Shown piece after piece: positions 53,342 through 63,036 of a stretch of DNA of 64,000 nt; within the stretch, counting starts at the first letter, position 1, and each line of letters opens with the position of its first letter. Below the pieces are notes generated by a model. That model was not told the DNA's origin. It did no database searches and was given only the letters and a program-made list of their open reading frames with translations. Source of the DNA: an uncultured Pedosphaera sp. (GTDB lineage: Bacteria > Verrucomicrobiota > Verrucomicrobiia > Limisphaerales > AAA164-E04); the NCBI GenBank assembly GCA_965214825.1, contig OZ243981.1, positions 103,964-167,963 on the forward strand, in the 5' to 3' direction. Both the position numbers and the translations under genes were made by a program.

Positions 53342-54793
53342 ATGGATTCCGAAGCGGTTATTGGCTTGGAGACGCATGTCCAATTGAAGACGCGGTCGAA
53401 GATGTGGTGCGGCTGCGCCAACCGCTATGGTTCGCCGCCCAACACGCATGTTTGTCCTGTGTGCCTTGGTATGCCGGGTGTCCTGCCCGTGGCCAATGAA
53501 GAAGCGCTTCGTCTGACTGCTCTGACAGGGATGTTGCTGCATGGAAAGGTTTCCCGTTGCGCGCGCTTTGATCGGAAGAATTATTTTTACCCGGACATGC
53601 CCAAGAACTATCAGATCACTCAGATGGCGCATCCATCGGCCGAGGGCGGTTATGTGGAGTTTGAGTTTGAAGGAGGAGTTACCACAGTCCGCATTACGCG
53701 CGCGCATTTGGAAGAAGATGTGGGCAAGAGTTTTCATTTTGACCGATATAGCGGGATAGATTTCAACCGCGCCGGTGTACCGTTGTTGGAGATTGTCTCC
53801 GAGCCGGACATCCGCAGCGGCGATATGGCATATGCTTATCTCAACGCTCTGGTCGGCATTCTGCGGTGCGGCAAAGTCAGCGATTGCGATTTGGAGAAGG
53901 GCATGGTGCGGTGCGATGTGAATGTGAGTATCCGTCCGCGCGGGCAAAGGGTCTTGGGCGCTAAAGTCGAGATCAAAAATATGAACACCTTTAGCGGCAT
54001 TCGGCGGGCGATTGATTACGAAGTTGCCCGCCAGATTCGCGCCGTTTCCTGCGGGGAAAGCCTTTCGCAAGAAACTCGACGTTGGGACGAGGCGGGCGGC
54101 GTTACGGAAACGATGCGGGCCAAGGAAGACGCGCACGATTACCGTTACTTTCCCGATCCCGACCTGATGCCTTTTGAACCGGACAATGACTGGATGAAAT
54201 CGGCGGCCGCCAAAGTCGTTGAACTGCCGCTCGCCAGAAAGCAGCGATTGATTGCCGAATACGGGCTTCCAGCAGAGGACGCCGAAGTTTTAGTCAACGA
54301 CCTTGATTTGGGCGAGTATTACGAATCCATCGCCAAGGCCGCCGCCTCGCCCAAAGCCGTTGCCAACTGGCTCATCAACAACCTGCGGGCCAAACTGGTC
54401 GAAACCGGCGTTGATCTCGCCGATTTGAAATTCGCGCCTCCAGATATCAACGAACTCATCAGCATCGTTGAAAGCGGAAAGATCAGTTCCAAAATGGCAC
54501 AGCAAGTTTTCAGCGAGATGTTCGACACTGGCAAGCCGCCCAGCGCCATTGTCGCGGAGAAAGGCTTGTCCCAAGTCAGCGACGCCGGCGCCCTGGCTGC
54601 GTTTTGCGACCAAGCCATCGCCGAGCATCCGAAGGTTGCCGCCGACTTCCGCGCCGGAAAGAAAGCGGCGCTCAACTTCCTCAAAGGCCAAGTGATGAAA
54701 CATAGCAAAGGGACCGCCAGCCCCCAGCTTTCCGGCCAGTTGCTGGAGCAAAAACTTTCCGAAGCGGATTCGCCGCCGGTTTGCAATCCCTGA
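53342..54793 (+). CDS. gatB: Asp/Glu-tRNA amidotransferase subunit B
   Basis: IGLETHVQL, RKNYFYPD, HLEEDVGK and DYRYFPDPDL motifs. Confidence 0.97.
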   Translation: MDSEAVIGLETHVQLKTRSKMWCGCANRYGSPPNTHVCPVCLGMPGVLPVANEEALRLTALTGMLLHGKVSRCARFDRKNYFYPDMPKNYQITQMAHPSAEGGYVEFEFEGGVTTVRITRAHLEEDVGKSFHFDRYSGIDFNRAGVPLLEIVSEPDIRSGDMAYAYLNALVGILRCGKVSDCDLEKGMVRCDVNVSIRPRGQRVLGAKVEIKNMNTFSGIRRAIDYEVARQIRAVSCGESLSQETRRWDEAGGVTETMRAKEDAHDYRYFPDPDLMPFEPDNDWMKSAAAKVVELPLARKQRLIAEYGLPAEDAEVLVNDLDLGEYYESIAKAAASPKAVANWLINNLRAKLVETGVDLADLKFAPPDINELISIVESGKISSKMAQQVFSEMFDTGKPPSAIVAEKGLSQVSDAGALAAFCDQAIAEHPKVAADFRAGKKAALNFLKGQVMKHSKGTASPQLSGQLLEQKLSEADSPPVCNP

Positions 54794-54822
54794 CTCCGCG
54801 CCATTTTGCCTCTCCCAGCCAT

Positions 54823-56223
54823 ATGATGGAAAAGGTTCGCTCCGTTCACTTTAGCGGCATTTGCGGCACGGCGATGGCGTCCTGCGCCGCTGTTTTGAAG
54901 GCGAAAGGTTTTCAAGTAACCGGCTCCGATCAAGGCGTCTATCCGCCGATGTCCGCTTTTCTCGAAGCGCAGGGAATTGCCATTCGCTCGCCATATGCGG
55001 AAGAGAATTTGGCTCCCGATCCAGACTTGATTGTCATCGGCAACGCCCTGTCACGGGGGAATCCGGAAGTGGAAGCGGTCTTGGAGCGGAAGCTGCCTTA
55101 CTGCTCGCTTCCCGAATTGCTGAAAGAAGTTTTCATTCGCGGCAAGCGCTCCATCGTCATTGGAGGCACGCACGGCAAAACCACCACCGCTTCCCTCCTA
55201 GCGTGGGTCTTTGAAACCGCCGGCCGCCAGCCGAGTTTTCTCATCGGCGGCGTGCCGGGCAACTTCGGCTGCGGCGCACGCTTTACCGACAGCCTGTGGA
55301 TCATCCTCGAAGGGGACGAATACGACACGGCGTTCTTCGACAAACGCAGCAAGTTCCTTCACTACCTCCCCGAAATCGCCGTTCTCAACAACCTCGAATT
55401 CGATCACGCTGACATTTTCGAGGACTTGGCCGCCATTCAACTCTCATTCCGGCGGTTCATCAACCTCATCCCGCGCAACGGCCTTCTCCTAGCCAACGGA
55501 GACGATCCGAACCTGCGCGGCTTGCTCAGTATCCGGCATTGCCCCGTCCGAACATTCGGCCTCGGCCCCGCCAACCAAATGCAGGCAAATCACATCGAAC
55601 TGCACGCATATGGCTCCACCTTCCAAGCCGCCGGCATTCCCTACACGCTCCCGCTCCTTGGCCGCTTAAACATCCGCAACGCCCTGGCCGTGATCACCTG
55701 TGCGCGACACTGCGGCATTGAGCCCGAAACCATCCAAAAAGGACTAGCGACCTTCCGGGGCATCCGCCGGCGGATGGAAGTGCGGGCCATCGTGGACGGC
55801 GTCACCATTGTGGACGACTTCGGCCATCACCCCACCGCCATCCGCGAAACCATCCGTGCTTTGCGAGCGGCCCATCCCGGCCGGCGTCTGTGGGTGGCTC
55901 TCGAACCACGCAGCAACACCACTCGGCGCAACATCTTTCAAACAGAACTCGCCGAAGCGCTCGCCGCAGCCGACGGCATCGTCTTCTCCCAAATCGACCG
56001 CCTCCAGCAACTCGCGCCCGCTCAACGCCTCAACCCCGAACAACTCGTGAAAGACATCCGCCGCCGAGGCAAACCCTGTGAATACTTGGAAAACGCCGAC
56101 TCCATCTGCCGCTACCTCGCCGGCGAAACCCGCTCGCAAGACATCGTCTGCATCTTCAGCAACGGCGCTTTCGGCAACCTCCACCGCAAACTCGAACAAG
56201 CGCTCAAACAACGCCAACCCTGA
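54823..56223 (+). CDS. mpl: Murein peptide ligase
   Basis: GICGTAM, GTHGKTTT, EGDEYDTAFFDKRSKF, DDFGHHPTAI and EPRSNT motifs. Confidence 0.93.
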   Translation: MMEKVRSVHFSGICGTAMASCAAVLKAKGFQVTGSDQGVYPPMSAFLEAQGIAIRSPYAEENLAPDPDLIVIGNALSRGNPEVEAVLERKLPYCSLPELLKEVFIRGKRSIVIGGTHGKTTTASLLAWVFETAGRQPSFLIGGVPGNFGCGARFTDSLWIILEGDEYDTAFFDKRSKFLHYLPEIAVLNNLEFDHADIFEDLAAIQLSFRRFINLIPRNGLLLANGDDPNLRGLLSIRHCPVRTFGLGPANQMQANHIELHAYGSTFQAAGIPYTLPLLGRLNIRNALAVITCARHCGIEPETIQKGLATFRGIRRRMEVRAIVDGVTIVDDFGHHPTAIRETIRALRAAHPGRRLWVALEPRSNTTRRNIFQTELAEALAAADGIVFSQIDRLQQLAPAQRLNPEQLVKDIRRRGKPCEYLENADSICRYLAGETRSQDIVCIFSNGAFGNLHRKLEQALKQRQP

Positions 56224-56280
56224 AAGCTTGCAAGCGGTCGCGCTACTGGCTTCGAGCGTTTCTGCTCGTATTTTCCGGCA

Positions 56281-57489
56281 ATGGCCGGCAAGCTGGCGGG
56301 TGTGGATTTCATTGAGAGAACGATACGAGTTTCGTATTGCCATCGTGTGTTTTTCACGCGGGATGTTTTTGGAGCGGGCAACGGGTTGCTGTGTTCGCTG
56401 TGTGGTGGGGAGCACAATGGCCGCGCGGCCAAAGTAGTGGTTTTTGTGGACGAGGCGGTGGCCGAAGCAATGCCGGCGTTGACGCCGGCGATAGAGTCTT
56501 ACTTTGGGCGCTGTTCAGAGACGCTCGATTTGGTTTGTCCGCCGGTTTTACTCGAAGGAGGCGAGCGGGTCAAGAACTCGTATTTTCGCGTCTCCGAAGT
56601 GCATTCCCGACTGGACCGGTTTCATATCGATCGCCATTCTTATGTGGTCACCGTTGGCGGCGGAGCCTTGCTGGACATGGTCGGGCTGGCGGCAGCGACG
56701 GCGCACCGGGGTGTGCGCCACATTCGCATTCCTACGACGACTTTGAGCCAGGGGGATTCCGGCGTCGGCGTGAAAAACGGAATCAACGCTTTCGGAAAAA
56801 AGAACTTCATCGGGACATTTGCGCCGCCTCATGCCGTGATCAACGATTTCCGGTTTTTGGATTCGCTTTCGGCACGCGATAAGCGAGCGGGATTTGCGGA
56901 GGCAGTGAAAGTGGCCTTAATCCGCGACCGCTCGTTCTTCGAGGCTTTAGAAGTGGACGCCGAGCAGTTGAAAGCATTGGATGGCGAGGCAGTGGAAAAG
57001 CTGGTGCGACGTTGTGCCACGCTGCACGTCGAGCATATTGCGACTTCGGGAGACCCGTTTGAGTTCGGCTCAGCCCGGCCGCTAGATTTCGGGCATTGGG
57101 CCGCACACAAGCTCGAACAGATTTCGGATTACCGGATTCGGCACGGCGAAGCTGTCGCTGTCGGCGTGGCGCTGGATACGGTTTATTCGGAGTTGACGGG
57201 CTTGCTGGACGAACGTTCGGCGGAGCGTGTGCTGCGTTTGTTGACCGATATTGGATTGGATATTTACACCAGCGAGCTTCACCATACTGATTCGCAAGGC
57301 AATCGAATGGTTCTTCGCGGTTTGGAAGAATTCCGCGAACATCTGGGCGGCGAACTGACGATTACGTTGCTCGAATCCATCGGCCGCGGGGTGGAAACGC
57401 ATACTATAAATCTGCCCCGGATTGTCACTGCGATGGACATCTTGCGCGACCGCTTTCATGCCATAGGGCGGCGGATCGCCCTGGTGTAA
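56281..57489 (+). CDS. 3-dehydroquinate synthase-like sugar-phosphate cyclase (EboD-like)
   Basis: GGGALLD, DSGVGVKN, DPFEFGSARPLDFGHWAAHKLE and GLEEFREHLGG motifs. Confidence 0.85.
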   Translation: MAGKLAGVDFIERTIRVSYCHRVFFTRDVFGAGNGLLCSLCGGEHNGRAAKVVVFVDEAVAEAMPALTPAIESYFGRCSETLDLVCPPVLLEGGERVKNSYFRVSEVHSRLDRFHIDRHSYVVTVGGGALLDMVGLAAATAHRGVRHIRIPTTTLSQGDSGVGVKNGINAFGKKNFIGTFAPPHAVINDFRFLDSLSARDKRAGFAEAVKVALIRDRSFFEALEVDAEQLKALDGEAVEKLVRRCATLHVEHIATSGDPFEFGSARPLDFGHWAAHKLEQISDYRIRHGEAVAVGVALDTVYSELTGLLDERSAERVLRLLTDIGLDIYTSELHHTDSQGNRMVLRGLEEFREHLGGELTITLLESIGRGVETHTINLPRIVTAMDILRDRFHAIGRRIALV

Positions 57490-57556
57490 TAGAGCGCGAT
57501 GAGCATTGCCGCAAAAATTGCAGATTGGGTTTCCTTCGCTTTTACTGCTTATACCT

Positions 57557-58951
57557 ATGATGCGACTGGCTGTTATTAACGCTGTGGGACTTTGCAACGG
57601 CGCCATCGGCTGCGACACGCCGCGCATTGCTTCTTATAGCAGCCAAACGCAGCGGCATATAATTCGGCCGGCCTTTCCCGCTGTTACTTGCACCGCGCAG
57701 AGCAATTATTTGACGGGCAAAAGCCCAGAGTCGCACGGGATTGTAGCGAACGGTTGGTACCACCGGGAGTTGGCTGAAGTGCAGTTTTGGAAACAGTCCA
57801 ACGCGCTGGTCCGCGGGGAGAAGATATGGGAAGCGATGCGTCAAAAGAAAAAGGGATTTACCTGCGCCAAACTTTTTTGGTGGTATAATATGTATTCTAC
57901 TGCTGACTTCTCGATCACACCGCGCCCTTTATACCCCACCGACGGGCGGAAGATTTTTGATATTTACGCTTATCCTTATACACTCCGCACGGAGATTAAA
58001 AGAGCGTTGGGAGAGTTTCCCTTTCCGACTTTTTGGGGACCAGCGGCGGGGCAAAGATCGCCTCAGGGAGAGCCGGACGCAGCTTCGCGCTGGATCGCCG
58101 AGGCGGCCAAGTGGATCGAATCTCGGCATCGCCCGGACTTGAGTCTCATCTATCTCCCGCATCTCGATTACAATTTGCAGCGGCTCGGGCCGGACCATCC
58201 TGAGATTGGCCGGGATTATCGACGGCTTGACTCTATCGTGAGCGGCCTGCTGGATTTTTTTGCCGCGGCGGGAGTCCGCGTCTGCCTGCTTTCTGAATAC
58301 GGCATCCATCCCGTCAAAAGGCCGATTTATCTCAACCGCGAATTCCGCAAGAAAGGATGGCTGGCCGTCAAAGAAGAACTCGGACTTGAGATGTTGGACT
58401 GCGGTCAAAGCCGGGTGTTTGGTGTGGCGGATCATCAAGTTTGCCATCTTTACGCGAACGACTCTTCGTTGTTGGCGCCTGCCCGCCGGCTCGTGGAGCA
58501 GGTGGAAGGCGTTGCCGAAGTGTTGGATATGGCGGGCAAACGGCGGGTGGGAGTGGCTCATAAACGGGCTGGGGACTTGATCGCTGTTGCGGAGGACGAT
58601 GCTTGGTTCACGTATTACTATTGGTTGGACGACAGACGGGCGCCAGACTTTGCCCGGTGCGTCGATATTCACCACAAACCGGGCTACGATCCCGCCGAGT
58701 TGTTTCTAAACCCGGCCATTCGATTCCCGCGGTTGAAGATCGCTTGGCGTTTGCTGCAAAAGAAATTGGGGCTGCGGATGTTGATGGATGTGATCCCGTT
58801 GGATGCGGGCTTGGTCCGGGGATCGCACGGAAACCGCCCCAAGAACATCCGGGAATATCCGGTCCTCATCGGACCGGGCGCGGGAGACAGTGGAAGAGAA
58901 ACCATCGACTCGACCGAAGTCTTCAACCTCCTCATTCGGATGATGACCTGA
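57557..58951 (+). CDS. Alkaline phosphatase/nucleotide pyrophosphatase family protein (EboF-like)
   Basis: PAVTCTAQS, HGIVANGWY, YLPHLDY, VDIHHKPGYDP and RGSHG motifs. Confidence 0.87.
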   Translation: MMRLAVINAVGLCNGAIGCDTPRIASYSSQTQRHIIRPAFPAVTCTAQSNYLTGKSPESHGIVANGWYHRELAEVQFWKQSNALVRGEKIWEAMRQKKKGFTCAKLFWWYNMYSTADFSITPRPLYPTDGRKIFDIYAYPYTLRTEIKRALGEFPFPTFWGPAAGQRSPQGEPDAASRWIAEAAKWIESRHRPDLSLIYLPHLDYNLQRLGPDHPEIGRDYRRLDSIVSGLLDFFAAAGVRVCLLSEYGIHPVKRPIYLNREFRKKGWLAVKEELGLEMLDCGQSRVFGVADHQVCHLYANDSSLLAPARRLVEQVEGVAEVLDMAGKRRVGVAHKRAGDLIAVAEDDAWFTYYYWLDDRRAPDFARCVDIHHKPGYDPAELFLNPAIRFPRLKIAWRLLQKKLGLRMLMDVIPLDAGLVRGSHGNRPKNIREYPVLIGPGAGDSGRETIDSTEVFNLLIRMMT

Positions 58952-59103
58952 AAGCGGCGTCAGACAGCCGGCAAATCCTCTCGTTTTGCGGGTTGCCAAT
59001 CCGCGGTATCCGGTGCATTATCAGGGGAAGGTCATCCCCTTGGGATTGGCGACAGGTGGCCCCTGGATGCTTGGGTTTGCGGCCCGATGGCCGCCATGAC
59101 ATT

Positions 59104-60156
59104 ATGAAAACAAAGAAGATTTCCCGCCGCGGCATTTTGGCAGGCGGAAATTGGATCGTTGACCGAGTCAAACTGATTGATGTGTTTCCCCAGCCGGGAA
59201 CGCTTTCAAACATCAACGGCGAATCCAGCGGAACCGGCGGTTCGCCTTACAATGTTTTGATTAACTTGGCAAAGCTGGGTGCCAAGTTCCCGCTCGCCGC
59301 CGCCGGACTGGTCGGCGCGGACGCATTGGGCAAGGAAATCCTCAAGCATTGCAAACGGCACAAAATCGACACGAAGCAGTTGACAACCGGCAAAGACGCG
59401 GCGACTTCCTACACCGATGTGATGACCGAGCAGAGTGCCAGCCGACGCACTTTCTTTCACTTCCGGGGAGCCAACGCTAAGTGGACGGGCGCGGCATTGA
59501 ACTTCGAGCAAACCAAAGCGCGATTCTTTCACTTAGGATACTTGCTGCTGCTGGACACATTGGATCAACCGGACAAGAAATACGGCACCAAAGCCGCCGC
59601 CCTGCTGGCTAGAGCGCAGAAGGCGGGATTAAAAACATCTGTGGACGTCGTCAGCGAAGACAGCGACCGGTTCGCCAAAATCGTGACACCGGCACTGAAA
59701 CACACCAATTACTGCATCCTGAACGAAGTGGAAGCCAGCAGAACCACCGGCTTTCAAATCCGCGGCAGCAAAGGCGAACTCAACACCGTCGCCGTCAAAC
59801 ACGCGGCGGGGACACTTCTCCAGGCAGGCATCCGGGAAATCGTCGTCATTCATTTCCCGGAAGGCGCCTTCGCCCGCACTCGGGCCGGCACCGACGCTTG
59901 GCAATCTTCGCTGAAACTCCCGGCGCACTACATCAAAGGCGCGGCGGGAGCTGGCGACGCTTTTTGCGCAGGCATGTTGTTGGGCTTGCACGAGGGCTGG
60001 GATTTGCAGCAATGTTTATTTGCCAGCATATGCGCCGCCGCCGCCTCGCTCTCGAAACCTGCCTGCACCGACGGCATAGCCTCGCTGGAAACTTGCCTGG
60101 CTTTGGCCCAAAAATACCGCCCCCGGCCGAAATTGGATAAAGCCCGTCTCCATTAA
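59104..60156 (+). CDS. PfkB family carbohydrate kinase
   Basis: GGSPYN, LNEVE and GAGDAFCAG motifs. Confidence 0.9.
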   Translation: MKTKKISRRGILAGGNWIVDRVKLIDVFPQPGTLSNINGESSGTGGSPYNVLINLAKLGAKFPLAAAGLVGADALGKEILKHCKRHKIDTKQLTTGKDAATSYTDVMTEQSASRRTFFHFRGANAKWTGAALNFEQTKARFFHLGYLLLLDTLDQPDKKYGTKAAALLARAQKAGLKTSVDVVSEDSDRFAKIVTPALKHTNYCILNEVEASRTTGFQIRGSKGELNTVAVKHAAGTLLQAGIREIVVIHFPEGAFARTRAGTDAWQSSLKLPAHYIKGAAGAGDAFCAGMLLGLHEGWDLQQCLFASICAAAASLSKPACTDGIASLETCLALAQKYRPRPKLDKARLH

Positions 60157-60174
60157 CCCCGCTGCGCCGGGAAA

Positions 60175-60732
60175 TCAGGCGCGTTCCAAGTATTTCCCCG
60201 TCCGGGTATCCACGCGGATTCGCTCCCCTGTCTTGATGAAGAGCGGGGCCTGGATGTGGATGCCCGTTTCCAGAGTGATCGTTTTTTGAACATTGTTTGC
60301 CGAATCGCCCTTGACGCCTTCCGGCGCTTCCGCAACCGTCAGAGCAACGCTGGCCGGCAACTCAATCGCCACAGCTCGCTCCTCAACGAAAGTAACGGTG
60401 CAAGCCGCGTTCTCCACCAGGTAATTCTTGACTTCTCCAACAAGCTCCCGATTAAGCGTTACCGTCTCAAATGTATCGGGATCGGAAAAAACATAATCGC
60501 TGCCATCAACATAACTGAACTCCATCTTCTTTGAAAACAGCGGGATAATTTCCACCCGCTCCGTCGAGCTGAACCGAACATCCGAAGAATTGCCCGTGCG
60601 CAAATTCCGCAGGCTCATCTGAACAAAAGCGCGTTTGTTTCCCGGAGTGCGATGTTGCGTGTCGAGGACAATACAGATTTCCCCGTTGTATTGGATGGCC
60701 ATGCCTTTGCGAATGTCGTTTCCCGTCGCCAT
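60175..60732 (-). CDS. efp: Elongation factor P
   Basis: IRKGM, HRTPGNKRAFV, GVKGDS, KTITLETG and VDTRTGKYLER motifs. Confidence 0.95.
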   Translation of the reverse strand: MATGNDIRKGMAIQYNGEICIVLDTQHRTPGNKRAFVQMSLRNLRTGNSSDVRFSSTERVEIIPLFSKKMEFSYVDGSDYVFSDPDTFETVTLNRELVGEVKNYLVENAACTVTFVEERAVAIELPASVALTVAEAPEGVKGDSANNVQKTITLETGIHIQAPLFIKTGERIRVDTRTGKYLERA

Positions 60733-60873
60733 AAATCTTGTTTTGTGCTTGAGAGTCTGCCGCCAAAAAAATCCTGCCGCTGCGCCCGCCGAACGCTTGA
60801 AAAACAGAAGCCGCAACATACCGCCCCCGCCCGCCATGACAAGCCTGAATAAAAGGCTGTCGAGAAGGCGCTG

Positions 60874-62172
60874 TCATGCCGAGCCGGAGTCGGGCAGTGT
60901 GGTATGGCGGTTGCCGGCGATCATTGCCGATTGGAAGATTTCCCGGACGGGCACGCCGCTTCGTTGGGCAAGGGTTTTGCAGGCTTCGTATTCGGGCGAG
61001 ACTTTGATGGTTTTGCCGCCGAGGAGTCCGATTTTGATGGCAACTGGTCCGTAAGGGGTTTCAACGGTGGCCTGGGTTCGCTGGAGTTTGAAACGTTCGA
61101 CTTCGTAAGTTCTGAGGCCGAAGGCAGTGGTTTCCCGCAGGATGAGCCGGGCGAAGTGTTGGATGTCTTGCGTGTGGCAGAGAATGGTGAAGAGCGTGCT
61201 GGGGCGATGTTTTTTGCTGTGAACGGGTGTGTGGAAAGCGTCGAGGGCGCCTTCTTGAAACGCTTGTTCCAGGGCATGGCCGAGGATTTCTGGGGAGAGG
61301 TCGTCGAGGTTGCATTCGATCACGCCGATGGTGTCGGTGTCCCACGGGCTTTCCTGGTGTTCGCCAGCGGGTGTTTCGCCGAGAATGGCCCGCAAGACGT
61401 TGGGGCGGGTTGCGAGGTCTCGGGTTCCCAGGCCATAACCGATTTTTGTGGCGGTCAATTGCTGCATGGGGCCGAAGGACTCGGCGAATTGCGCGAGGAT
61501 GGCGGCGCCCGTGGGGGTGATGAGTTCTTGGGGTTCGCCGCATTGGCTGAGTGCGAGTCCGCGTTCGCCCAGGATGGCTAGAGTCGCCATGGTGGGCACG
61601 GGGAAACGTCCGTGAGCGCATTGAACCCAGCCTGTGCCTTCGACTGCCGTTGAAGATTGGACGCGCGGTTTGCCCAGGAGTTCCAAAGCGATGGCGGCAC
61701 CTGCAATGTCCACGATGGAATCGACCGCGCCGACTTCGTGGAAATGGACTTCTTCCGGTGGCATGCCGTGGATTTTGCCTTCGGCTCGAGCGATGCGGGC
61801 GAAAGTTTCCACCGCGTTTTTTTTGACCCAATCGGAGAGCGCACTTTTGTGGATGAGAGACTGGATTTGCGAGAAATTCCGGCTGTGAGCGTGGCTGTGG
61901 GCTGTTCCCGCCTCGGCGCTGCTCGCAGGGGTTTTATGGCTGTGCGAATGGCCGTGGTTGTGGGGATGGGCATGGTTGAAGAGTTCGACGTCGAATTTGA
62001 CGCCCTCGATGTTTGATTTTTGCCGGCGGCGAATCTGAAGCCGGTATTCGTCCAGTTCCAATTTGGCGAGTTCTTTTTGGAGGGCAGTTTCAGGGAGGCC
62101 GAGATCGAGCATGGCACCCAAGAACATGTCGCCGCTGATGCCGCTGAAGGTGTCCAGGTAAAGGGTTTTCAT
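60874..62172 (-). CDS. larC: Nickel-pincer cofactor biosynthesis protein LarC
   Basis: SGISGDM, His-rich insert, HFHEVGAVDSIVD, ELITPTGAA and PEYE motifs. Confidence 0.93.
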   Translation of the reverse strand: MKTLYLDTFSGISGDMFLGAMLDLGLPETALQKELAKLELDEYRLQIRRRQKSNIEGVKFDVELFNHAHPHNHGHSHSHKTPASSAEAGTAHSHAHSRNFSQIQSLIHKSALSDWVKKNAVETFARIARAEGKIHGMPPEEVHFHEVGAVDSIVDIAGAAIALELLGKPRVQSSTAVEGTGWVQCAHGRFPVPTMATLAILGERGLALSQCGEPQELITPTGAAILAQFAESFGPMQQLTATKIGYGLGTRDLATRPNVLRAILGETPAGEHQESPWDTDTIGVIECNLDDLSPEILGHALEQAFQEGALDAFHTPVHSKKHRPSTLFTILCHTQDIQHFARLILRETTAFGLRTYEVERFKLQRTQATVETPYGPVAIKIGLLGGKTIKVSPEYEACKTLAQRSGVPVREIFQSAMIAGNRHTTLPDSGSA

Positions 62173-62951
62173 TTTTCTGAGGGTGGTTGTTTGGCCGGGG
62201 AGTTCTGGAGGCGGTTGATTTGGCTGGCGGAGAAAGCGGCGCCGAAGCCGTTGTCGATGTTGACGGCGGTGACGCCGCTGCCGCAACTGTTGAGCATTCC
62301 CAAGAGGGCGGACAGGCCGCCGAAGTTGGCGCCGTAACCGATGCTGGTCGGGACGGCAATGATGGGTTTGTCCACCAGGCCGGCGATTACACTGGGCAAG
62401 GCGCCTTCCATCCCGGCGACGACGATGATGGCGTTTGCCCGGCGCAGGGCAGGGAGCCGAGCCAAAACTCGGTGCAGGCCGGCCACGCCGATGTCGTAGA
62501 TTCTTTCAACGCGATTGCCCATGAAATCGGCGGCAACAGCGGCTTCTTCGGCGACGGGGATGTCGCCGGTGCCGGCAGTCGCAACGGTGATGGTTCCGGG
62601 TCTCTTTGGGAGCGGCTGCCGCGCCAGGGTCAGGCAACGCGCTTGTTGGTGGTGCCGGCTTTCAGGGAAGGCTTTTTGAAATTGATCGGCGGCTTCGCGT
62701 TCGATTCGGGTGACGAGGATGGGTTGCTGGGCTTTGTGCAAGGCTTTGGCAATGCCCAAAATCTGGTCGGCGGTTTTGCCCGCGCCGAGAATGACTTCGG
62801 GAAATCCTTGGCGCCGGGCGCGGCCTAAATCCACTTTGGCGTAATCCAGCTCGGCAAAAGGCTCGGCTTGAAACCGGGCCAAGGTTTCCGATTCCGTGGC
62901 GCGGCCTGCTTTGTAGGCTTGGAGACATTTTCGAGCTTCCTTGGCAGTCAC
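62169..62951 (-). CDS. larB: Nickel-pincer cofactor biosynthesis protein LarB
   Basis: GFPEVI, AGMEGALPSV, AVPTSIGYG and VNIDNGFGAA motifs. Confidence 0.93.
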   Translation of the reverse strand: MTAKEARKCLQAYKAGRATESETLARFQAEPFAELDYAKVDLGRARRQGFPEVILGAGKTADQILGIAKALHKAQQPILVTRIEREAADQFQKAFPESRHHQQARCLTLARQPLPKRPGTITVATAGTGDIPVAEEAAVAADFMGNRVERIYDIGVAGLHRVLARLPALRRANAIIVVAGMEGALPSVIAGLVDKPIIAVPTSIGYGANFGGLSALLGMLNSCGSGVTAVNIDNGFGAAFSASQINRLQNSPAKQPPSEK

Positions 62952-63036
62952 AGCGGCAGTTTGCCACAAAACCCCTTCGCCGTCATGCCTTTTGGGAGAG
63001 TTGCGGCGGCAAGGACGGCGGCTTACACTGGGCGCA

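Noticed and set aside
60874-62951. larBC without larA/larE as a novel pathway
   Set aside because: These genes are often dispersed; absence from one window is uninformative.
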